The position numbers were made by a program, and so were the translations under genes. Positions 1 to 10,264 of a stretch of 64,000 nucleotides of DNA are shown piece by piece. Location of the stretch: positions 4,402,001 to 4,466,000 of the forward strand of contig CDRNST010000060.1 in NCBI GenBank assembly GCA_977016875.1. Reading direction: 5' to 3'. The DNA is from Pavona decussata. Its lineage: Eukaryota. Position 1 is the stretch's first letter. Each line of letters starts with the position of its first letter. The notes beneath the pieces were generated by a model, which did no database searches, was not told the DNA's origin, and was given only the letters and a program-made list of their open reading frames with translations.

Positions 1-1772
1 CAATAGAGTATTGTAATATAGATTTTTATTTAAACCAACAAACCGGCCAACTAAGCATCTGTACGTAGAAATATACAGGCGGATTGTTGTTGTATTCAGT
101 TATGAGAGAGTATCGGGACTTGGGCACTAGTGTCTCCATGCTTCTGGGCTTACGTAGAAATCTGGAAAATTAGATTTGATTCATTCATTTAGGGCTGTTC
201 TAGTACTCCAAGCCTATTGTTTTGCTGTACTGCTTGCCTTATCAAAAACATCTTGCATCTTGCCAATTAATTGATGATGTCACAAATGGTACAATTTGCA
301 TACCCGTAACTGAATACCCACAAAACAAGTGACTAAATTTGAACCTGGTAGTTAAGTGGTAACACTCACTTAACTCATTTGGGTCTAAATATCGAACAGC
401 TTAAAACCTAATGTAAAAACATCCATCCCAAGAATTTCCAAAATGTATAAGCTTTTTTGTTTTGCTGCACCAGTTGCTCGTCAAAACAATCTTCAGATTG
501 TAAAAATTGACGACGTCACAAATGGCACAACTTGCATACCCCTAATAAGCCTCTGCCTATCACAGTAAAAAGTCTATTCACGAGATAAATAAATGTCTGG
601 CCAAGTACTGACGTGCTCAGCGGAGGGTGAACACTTGTTTCCACATCTCAAACTGACCTTAGACATTTGCTTAAAATTACCTTAAGTAAAACTTATTTCA
701 AACTTTATAGTAAAAGAAAGAGAACTTCAAAAAAGTGTTCGCCTCGAACCCGAGTCGTTTTTTTTTTTTTTTCTTCTATCCATAACTATAACACCTATGG
801 AACTAGCTGCCAAGGAATGTACTCTCTAACGTATTTATATAGTTGCCCATCATAATAAATGAAAGGTAACTGTATTCAAATCAGTCACTTAACCGTGCAT
901 CGGGGCTAAACCCTAAAATGGTGTTTCTTGCTAGACTGGAGCTCAGTTGTCTGCCAAAAAGAGTTCTGTTCAGCGAGGGATCGATCGTCGGAATAGTGAT
1001 TGGAGGCCCGGCTACTGAGCCTGTGAAGACAAAGTTTAGATCCTTACTTCAGGTACACTGAGGTAATTATATTATCTTTACTATTAAGTATAAGTCTGAC
1101 ATTTCTCTTTTATCAGTGCAACTTTCCCTTCAGTATCTATATGAAGATTTTTTGTCACAACTTGCTGACCGTGTGCCAGTGGCAGCGCATAAATATCTTT
1201 GCACTCGTCTCATTTCATGAGCTCCGTTTTCGTACCCGCACATTTTTGAAAGCTACACATCTTCCACCGGCGGTGGCGTACAACATCGACACGCGCTCTA
1301 CTCTTTGATAGGCTCAGTCGATTTTTTCGCGCGAAATCTCTCTTCTAACGATAGCCTTGGAGTTGTCAGACTTCTCTCTTTGCATAACTGTATTGAAATG
1401 CTTAGAAAAGGCTAAACAAAATAATAATATTTTCTTTATAAGAGAACATATTGCTTGTAAAATAAAAAATCAAAATTTGTTAAAGTGTTAGATTTAAAAC
1501 AGTTTTCAGTTGACATAATTTCTGATGTTTGATGGATTTGGCTGTTTCAAACAAAAAAGAGTTTGTTTCGTCAGCAGGCTCAGAAAACTCATCGAATGGC
1601 GGGCGGTAATTTATTTGCTATCAGTCCATATTACAGTTTTACCGTTTTTTTTTAGGCTGTAACAACTGCTATTATTTCTAGGGCTAGGTGCATTGTTTGT
1701 ACTTCTGTTGTAGTGTTCTCTTTAAGGTTATCGAACCAAAGTTGTGAGACCTTAGAGGAGCTGCTTTACCAG

Positions 1773-4700
1773 CTACACCAAACCATAACATTTGAGCTTT
1801 CCTAATGTATGATAACCTTCTTCGCTCGAGTCATCTAAATCTCCCAGTCTGATTTGCGTCACAGGCAGAGCAGACTTGTCTGTCAGCAGACCGCTATCTG
1901 ATCTCCAACCACCGCCATAGTTATGACAGTTACACTTGTGACCACCGGAACAAGAGTTTGTTACTCCGCATGCGCACATCACGTTATGGCCTGTAGCTCC
2001 ACCCCAGTAGTTCATCCGGTTTCCATCACGTGACACCCACCAAGCGAAACTACCCTCAACAAACGCTACGCTCCCAGCGCACTCAAACTTGATAAACTGT
2101 TCACAGTTCTGTGACTTTCGAGTGAGTGCTGCTAGCTGAGCGGTACTGACTCCAGTGTATCTCACGTCTTTACGGTAACATCCTGCATAACCACATCCAG
2201 GAATGTTAGCAACGTGGGTTCTACTCTCACTGTCGTGACTGATTACCGTCACGCCAACTCCACCTTTGTCACTCATGTCACAATACACACGGAAGGGAGC
2301 CGCGCCTCCTTTGCCGTCAGGGTCAATCATATAATTACCTGAAGAGCTGCCACTGTTGCCTGATTTTATGCTGCTGCAGGACACTGGTTTGAGTACTTCA
2401 ATAACAGTAGTTGCCTTAATTGTTCGCCGATAATTTTTTGCCTCGCACGTGTAAGACCCAGCGTCACTTTTGGCCACTTTGCTGAGAAACAAAGTTCCGT
2501 TTGGATAAACAACATGATTTTGTGAAAGAGTTTTGCCGACTCTTTTCCAGACAGTTTCAATTGAGCCCTGTGCTTCACAATTCAGCATTACATTGCTTAA
2601 CTCTAATACAGCATCTTTCAAGGGAGGGGTGAGGGTAAATTTGAGCCTGTCAATCACCGCCAGTAGTGAAACTGCGGAATCCTGTCCAAGAAGATTCTTA
2701 GCTGAGCATGCGTACGTCCCACCATCTGCCTTTTTTACATTAAGGATAATCAAATTCCCTTCAATGACTGTGGTCTTCTCTTTCGGCACGTGGCCCAGTG
2801 CCTTTCGCCACGTGACCTTTGGTTTGGGTTGACCAGTAGCTTTGCACTGCAGGTTCACGTTTTCTCCCTCTTCAACTATGACCGACGAAGGCTTTTGAGT
2901 TATCTTGGCACCAACTAAAAGTCAACAAAGAAGAGCTATGAAAAAAAAGATTGTTTTCTTATCCTCTATATTGAATTGGAACTTTCATCATCATCATTTA
3001 TTCCTTTGCCTTACTAAAAAAAAGAAGAAATGATAGAATTTACAATAATGGCGAGGAGACCTCAAGAAACCACCAGGCTTATAAGAGAGGCCATCTCGAC
3101 TGTCATTAATAAATAGAAAGTGTGTGGTGCTGCGTAAGTGCGGCTTGGTCAATTCATGATTTTATAGATATAAACTGCAACATTTTTTTCTTGAAGGTGA
3201 AAAAACTAGATGAAGAAGTTATTGATATTGGGAGAGAATTTCAGACAGGCTTGGACATGAGGTTTAATTGGGGGAACCTAGACAAAGAGTTTTTTCCACA
3301 AGAACTTCCATTGTAATCTAGATCCAGTTCCATACGGAAAAAAATATTGAGGGAACCAAATTGATGGAAGTCTAGTCTGCAACTGACACTTCAAGGAACT
3401 TTATTTAGCTGTCAAGCAAAAACATTTGACCTGGGGGTGCTTTTTTATATGTCCAGTATTCGTTAACAGAAAAATTTAGCCATCACCGGCAGTTGCTGAT
3501 GAGCTTGACCTTTTCAGATTTTAGATTTGTTTTATTCATGTACTATTTCAATAGTTAACCACAAAAGGAAATTCCGATACATCACAAAAGTAACATAAAT
3601 ACAACATTAAATTACATAAATCATCAACGGTAAAATGTGCGCAGTGACCAAAGGAGCTTAGGCTTCTGAGTTGGTCACTGCCACGTGCGGCTAACTGGTG
3701 TATAACGTGCAACTAACTAAGTAGCACAAAACAAAAGACAAGAAAATTAAGAGTGCATAAAATGATACTACAATTTGTACCTAAAAAACAATTGAAATGA
3801 TAGTTAATAGTGAGGGCAGAGAAATCAAATACTCATTGCGTATTTAAAAGGTACAATTTGTATTGCTTGTAGAAGCTATTATATGGGAGTTTTTTTTAAA
3901 TTTAGAGGGAATTTTTTCCCAAATTTTAGACCCAGCATATGCAAAAGTGGCAGCTCCGTAATTATTCCTTATCCTCGGCTGATGAAAATTAAGGTTTGAT
4001 GCAAATCTGGTGTTGTAGCTATGAACTTCAGAGGCAAGAGTAAGAGTTCCTTTGAAAATCATTGGAGCGTTAGTAGTATTGTTAGTAATCTTATATGTGA
4101 AAGGGGCACCTTAAATTTGTAAATGTTTTCAAGTGTAAGAATACCTAAGAGATTTAAGTATGGCATAGCACTGTCCCTACTATAAATAAAGAAGATGCTA
4201 CGCACACAGTTATTCTGTTTAGTTTTAATTTTATGTAATCTGGTCTTACAACCACTGCCCCAGGTCTTAATACCATAAGTTAAATATGGATAAATGAAGG
4301 AGAAATACATGTCTTTAGACCGGAGTTTAATCAAACAAGACCGCGAATGTCAAAGACTATCATCTGTCAGAGCCATTTCATTCCCAGGGCCACCTGCTCT
4401 ACTGGTCACCAACAGAGAAGACAGAGGTCTCTGCGGACATCACTGGTGGTTCTAGCCTACACGTTGCCATACCCATCCACCACGGAGAAAGCATGGGGTG
4501 TGTACCACTAAGCGTAGGCTATGGTGGCTCGGGCCTGAAGTTTCCCTAAACCTTAGCAGGCTCAACCCCAGTTAACACCCGCGTGCAAATCTGAGATAAA
4601 ATCTCTCTAAACGAAAAGACGCACAGGATTACAAAATTCGCTGAGTATGCCGTAAAATTCCCTCCACACAAAAAGCCTTAACAAATCAGCTTCTTTAAAT

Positions 4701-6818
4701 TTTTAGTTAAGATCTGTTAAATTCCTCTATTTACCTTGAACAGTTAATGTGGCTGTTGATGCTTTTTTCCCAAGGATATTTTTTGCAACGCAAGTGTACA
4801 TTCCATCATCTTGTGACGTCACGTCTGTGATCATCAGGCCACCGCTTGATTGTACAACTCGTTTATCCGCGAGGAGACTGAAATTCTGTTTCAGCCACGT
4901 GACCTGAGGCTTTGGGTTTCCTTTAACCTCGCACTGAAATGAGGCTGCATCAGTCTGGTTGACCACTAAAGACACTAGAGGTGAGACAATAAAAGGGGCT
5001 GAGATGGATTCACCAGGATTGCCCTTGGGTCCTTGAGGGCCCTGGTCACCTTTAGGTCCTGGAGGTCCCTGGTCTCCTTGAGCACCTCTTGGTCCCCGTG
5101 GTCCCTGAGCCCCGGGCGGACCATGCTTGCCTGGGGGACCAGGCCTGCCTCGTTTTCCCCTGATACTTTTTGGGCAGTGCACCATGCAGGCCAGGCTGCT
5201 CAGAACAAGTTGAACTTCCTTCTTGATAGCTTCTCGAATGATGTTTTTACTGCCGTTTTTTTCCTTGTTGTCATTCCCCAGATGGCGTTTGTAACGAATC
5301 TGGATATCTGTGAGGATTAAACCATTTATTTATATTAAAGCATGACAGTTTGGTTTACATATCTTCTTTGCTACCTACCCCTGAACATATAGTGAAAGAA
5401 TTAAACTATTTGATATACAATTTCCTATGGAAAGGTAAAGACAAAGTAACTAGAGTATCTGCAATAAATAATTATGAGGGAGGTGGCCTCAAAATGGTTG
5501 ATATTGAAAGCATGATCAAATCTCTCCGCCTCTCCTGGCTGAAAAGAATCTTTGGTGATAATTCAGGCGTATGGAAAAGCTATTTAGAATATCTTCTAAA
5601 AGAAACAGGTGGTCTGGTTCTTTTTAATTGCAATTATAATATTAAAGACTTAAATATTAATTCTCAATTCTATGCAGAGTTATTGAAATGGTGGTCTGAG
5701 TTTCGCAAAGACAATGCAAATGATACTAACTGGCATTACTTTATCTGGAATAATCAAGAAATACGAATAAACAATAAACCAGTTTTCTATAAAAGGTACT
5801 TCAATAATGGGATTCGAACTGTGGGCGACTTACGCTTTGATCTTAATAATATCGACTCTTATGAATTACAGGCAAAATACATAGAGAAGACGAATTTTCT
5901 GGAATGGACTGGTCTACGCCACTCCATACCGCTCAATTTAAGAAATGCTAATTATAAACCGGATCCCATAGTCCTAAATCCATCCTTCAAAACTGACAGT
6001 GGTCTTTTCGATGTAACTAAAAAGAAATCTAAAGATTACTATTCTCTTTTTGTCCGTAAAAAGGCACGCTTCCCTAATCATGCGCAAAAACTAAAGTGTG
6101 AATTTAATTTATCTGATGAGGCGTTGAAAAAAGCTTTCTGTCTTCCCCATTCAGTTGCTTTTGAGCCATACGTTCAGGCCTTTCAGTTTAAGGTATTAAA
6201 CTCTATACTTTACACTAATTCAAAATTACATAAAATCGGCTATATTTCAGACAATCTGTGCTCTTTTTGCAAACGGGAATCAGAAACTATACAGCATCTC
6301 TTTTATAATTGTTCTTACTCAATTACTTTTTGGAAAAACTTTGAATTATATTACTTATCCCTGACAAAACAACAAATACATCTTGAATTGAGAGATATTT
6401 TAATCGGTGTTCTAACACCAGAATGCCCCTTACTAAATTACCTGTTACTTATAGGAAAAATTTATTTATGGGGGTGTAGAAGAAATAACGAACTTCCGAA
6501 TATAGGTGGTTACAAATTTAAAGTATCGTTAAAGTATGACACAGAGAAATTTATTTGTACGAAAAATAATACATTAGACATATTTAAAAAGAAATGGACA
6601 ATATTTAGACCTATTTAATATATATGACTTGTACGGGTGTGACTTTGAATTTTTTGTGAGTGAGTGCATGAGAGCATGAGATGAGTGAGTGAGTGTTGTG
6701 AATGGTGTGTTAGCGGGCCAGCGAGTGAGTAAGCTAATTGTAATATTGTACAAAGTGTAAGTGCGTAAGTACTGTCTAGTTTATTATTGTATGTAACTGT
6801 GTGTTTTCTTGCAAATAA

Positions 6819-6849
<31 letters not shown>

Positions 6850-8239
6850 GACAGTTTGGTCCGTAAGCGTAGGCCTTAAAGGCAATTGAAATCAGTGAAG
6901 ATGGTTGTTCTTAACGCTCTAATTGACATTGTGTTAAATGAACCATTAAAAACTGAGAAGCCCTTAAAATCCCGGGGGGGTTCTCCCTTATATGGGCTAT
7001 ATAGGTATGTGCAGCGCCAAAGGGTATGGTTTTTCGGCTGTTTTGGTACGGTCATAAAGAGGGTATCGATTTTAGCCACTTTGCCGCTATTTTGGTAATA
7101 AATAGGGTATAGATTTTTGCACTGTAGTCCTGGGTTCGTTTTTTTTTTTAGAAGAAGCTACTTCAGGTCATAAATAGGGTAGGGAAAATCGCAGATTTTG
7201 GTCATAAATAGGGTAAGGGTTTTGGGAAGCGGACCGCACACCCTTACCCAATTTTTTTTGGAGTACCCCCCCGGGCTTAAAATCCAATAGTTCACAAGGA
7301 AGTATATTTGCTTCTCAAGCAACGGGAACAATGGTACTCAAGAACTTCCTTTACAGCATTTAAGGAAACGTTTGAATTTGTAGTTGCAAGCTAACATCTT
7401 CATTAAACGAAACGGTCAGTGTTCCTTGAGGTTTTCACGTTTTCTCAAACGGTAATCTAGCGGGATGATTTTTTTATAAAACATAATTTAAGAAAGTTGT
7501 AAATGAAAATGAAAGCGATTTATTGAGGGGTCAAATAACCGCCATGCACGTGAGAGGGGTTTAGTTTGATTTGTATTTTTAGCAATCAGTAATGGGATAA
7601 ACTGCGACCCGTGAAAGACATTATTTGCTGTCAAGAGTCAAGTTTTTAATTGCATCAAAGCAATTACGATATTAAATGGCGGTAGCAAGACACCGATCAC
7701 AGAAACATTATCGGCAATTGCTCTGTAAGTGCGGCGTTATTTCATTTTTCTACACTATTTATAAGGAGTTGAAACTCCCAGTACTTCAGAAAAAAACTCT
7801 TGAGTATTATCGGGTGCGGCCGGAGTCTTATACTTGCGCACTAAGGTATTTTTGGACTGTTTGGCCATATCGTGTAAAGGAGACTGAAACGTTCGTAATA
7901 GAAACAGCCCGATCAGATGTCAGTGATTCTCCCTGCAATCCTCCCTTGAGTTAAAAGCAAAATATTGATTTTCTTAAATGCAACTGAATACTCACCATTT
8001 TCGGCCGAGTCGCCGTGCAAGAAGCGCTTCAACGAAGAATCCGCAGTCGTCTCGTCATGTGCAGTGTTTTGTGGCTCGACATTTTCTTGTCTTTGTTGAT
8101 TCAAGGCTTGAAGCATTTGTCGATGAGCGTGAAGTTCGATCTCGACGTGAATCAGTGCCACGAAACAAACACAAACGGAGACAAATATTGATGAAAACAT
8201 CACCGTATTGGAGACCGGGCGCGACTTTGATTTCTCCAT
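1773..8239 (-). CDS. Gene A1: type II TM collagen-3xIg protein with CASPR-type fibrinogen-like C-terminal domain (~652 aa, intact)
   Basis: Exons 8239-7996, 5307-4735, 2914-1773; all introns GT-AG, phase 1; 1959 nt open. Hydrophobic [29 protein letters not shown], 17 GXY triplets, Ig motifs (W..DxGxYxC), then [46 protein letters not shown] as in the CNTNAP/neurexin IV fibrinogen-like domain. Confidence 0.88.
2985..3248 (-). mobile_element. Short retroposon 3' remnant with AATAAA(TGA)n tail
   Basis: Insertion relative to A2/A3 (GGAACTT^..CTTGGAC); also present in A4 at ~47052-47314. Confidence 0.55.
3520..4312 (-). mobile_element. CR1/L2-like LINE 3' fragment in intron 2 of A1
   Basis: Post-RT motifs [27 protein letters not shown]; frameshifted; absent from A2/A3 introns. 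Ends approximate. Confidence 0.75.
5355..6849 (+). mobile_element. 5'-truncated L1/Tx1-clade LINE in intron 1 of A1
   Basis: Open ORF2 C-terminus (FLWKGK..GGLKMVD, zinc-knuckle [18 protein letters not shown]), AATAAA 6814-6819, poly(A) 6824-6849, 11-bp TSD GACAGTTTGGT (5344-5354 and 6850-6860); empty site in A3 near 30206. Confidence 0.92.
6971..7275. mobile_element. MITE with CCCGGGGGGGT(A/T)CTCC TIRs and 8-bp TSD
   Basis: 16-bp TIRs with one mismatch; TSD CTTAAAAT at 6963-6970 and 7276-7283; empty site in A3 at ~30373. Confidence 0.9.
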
Positions 8240-8470
8240 AATACAATCTTAAGATTGTAAAAACCAGGGAAGGCTTCCAGTTGAGATCTTCCCCGTTCAG
8301 TAAAAGCTGTGTTCAGCTGTGTGTCCAGTGGACGTCTCTTGTCAGTCCAGCTTCTTGATCCTCTTATCTGACCTTTCTTCCGCTATTCAATAGTGGCATT
8401 TTTCCAAAATCTCCGAGTAGGTCTTTTCCCCATTAGTCGTCTTATTTTTAACCTACAGGATTTCTAATAA

Positions 8471-8479
8471 TTCCGGGAA
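8471..8479. promoter_or_regulatory. Candidate STAT (GAS) site TTCCGGGAA ~230 bp upstream of each type-A ATG
   Basis: Exact match at 8471, 24211, 31555, 50814 and 56226; function not shown. Confidence 0.35.
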
Positions 8480-8685
8480 TAAAGACACAGGTCATGTCTA
8501 CAGTAAACTGTATATGTCCGAATTTATATTTTTGTTCGCGACTTAATTTGTTAGTTTTCTAACGTAATAAATGGAGCGAAAACGAAAGAGAACAATTTAA
8601 TTGGAGATATCCAACGAACGTCTTCAAGAATAGAACAACAACCTACTGGATGATACATGGCAAGACGCATGCGCGCATGAGTACT

Positions 8686-8808
8686 GACTAAGCCCATTGG
8701 TAGAACAATGCACTTGTATCCCGGAGATCAGGGTTAGAATACCTTTCAGACGTGCGTGATTATTTTTTCATGCTTCATTTTCGCTGCTGGTTAATTGTGT
8801 ACACAACT
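8686..8808 (+). mobile_element. Decayed tRNA-derived SINE (copies also at ~31770-31892 and ~56450-56572)
   Basis: A-box-like TAAGCCCATTGGTAGA and B-box-like GGGTTAGAATACC at tRNA spacing, followed by a T-rich body; too degenerate for a tRNA. Confidence 0.5.
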
Positions 8809-8994
8809 TTAGGTATTTCTTTCAATTAGTCCCCTTGTTACCCTTAATAGAGTAATGTAATATAAATTTTTATTTAAACCAACAAACCGGCCAACTACGC
8901 ATCTGTACGTAGACATATACAGGCGGATCGTTGTTGTATTCAATTATGAGAGAGTATTGGGACCTAAGCACTAGTGTTTCCATGTATCTGGAGA

Positions 8995-9169
8995 ATAGGC
9001 CATTTCCGAGTTGCTGTGAACCTCATTATGAAAGCGAGGCTAAGTGCAAAGCTTTTCATATGAAGATTAGTTTTGTTTGCATATGAATGAAAACTAATTT
9101 TCACAACAAAAACCTTGCACTTAGCCTTGCTTTCATAATGAGGTTCACAGCAACTCGGAAATGACCTAT
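8995..9169. mobile_element. Fold-back MITE
   Basis: Long inverted arms ATAGGCCATTTCCGAGTTGCTGTGAACCTCATTATGAAAGC...; absent from the homologous sites at ~165 and ~56770. Confidence 0.85.
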
Positions 9170-9323
9170 CAGATTTGATTCATTCATTTAGGGCTGTTCT
9201 AGTACTCTAAGCGATTAGTTAGTTTTACTGTAATTGGTTTCCGTTAATCCTGGTTCTGCTGTATAATTTGTAAATAACTTAATAATTATAATTAATGTAA
9301 TTTAACAGGGAAGAGCCACCCAT

Positions 9324-9454
9324 NNNNNNNNNNNNNNNNNNNNNNNNNNNNNNNNNNNNNNNNNNNNNNNNNNNNNNNNNNNNNNNNNNNNNNNNNNNNN
9401 NNNNNNNNNNNNNNNNNNNNNNNNNNNNNNNNNNNNNNNNNNNNNNNNNNNNNN
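9324..9454. other. Assembly gap
   Basis: Run of N. Confidence 1.
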
Positions 9455-10264
9455 ACACGTGACGAAATCTGAACCGCTTAAGTCATTTGTCGGCCGGTTT
9501 AAAATATGGAATAGTTTAAAACCTAATGCCCAAACATCCGTCCCCAGAATTTCCAAAATGTATAAACTTTTTTGTTTTGCTGCACCAGTTGCTCGTCGAA
9601 AACATCTTGCATTGTAAAAATTGACGACGTCACAAATGGCACGACTTGCATACCCCTAATAAGCCTCTGCCTATGACATTAAAAAGGCTATTCACGAGAT
9701 AAATAAATGTCTGGCCAAGTACTGATCTGCTCAGAGAAGGGTGAACACTTGTTTCCATATCTCAAACTGACCTTAGACATTGACTTAAAATTACTTTTAG
9801 TAAAACTTATTTCAAACTTTATAGTAAAAAAAGGAGAACTTCAGAAAAGTGTTCGCCTCGAACCCGAGTCGTTTGTTTTATTTCTTCTATCCATAACCAT
9901 TACACCAATGGGACTAGCTGACGAGAATTGTAACTTTTAACGTAGTATAGTAGCTACCCATCACAGTAAATGAAAGCTAACCGTTTTGAAATTAGCCGCT
10001 TAACCCTGAATACTGTACATCGGTGCTAAACCCTAAAATGGTGTTACTTGCCAGACTGGAGCTCAGTTCTCTGCTAAAAATATGGAGTTCTGTTCTCGTG
10101 TATGTCAGTGCTATGAAGATAAGGAATGCTTTATTGTGTAAACATCATAAGGTGTCCAAGGTCAGTTTGAGATATGGAACCGAGTGTCGAAATAATGGCC
10201 GGCCACAATTAGATCACGAGCGCATTGAAAGAATTCTTTCATTCATACATCTTTATCATGTGAT

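Noticed and set aside
1773-2400. Calling type-A genes CNTNAP/neurexin IV, hemicentin or a fibrillar collagen
   Set aside because: Only single domains are shared; there are no discoidin, laminin-G or EGF domains and only 17 GXY triplets. No gene symbol assigned.
5033-5320. Recurrent antisense ORFs over collagen, Ig and BCO exons (e.g. MRALVTFRS.., MPTLFQTVS..)
   Set aside because: Shadows of the real coding strand, repeated only because the genes are duplicated.
8686-8760. tRNA gene
   Set aside because: A/B boxes are degenerate and no cloverleaf can be formed; better read as a SINE relic.
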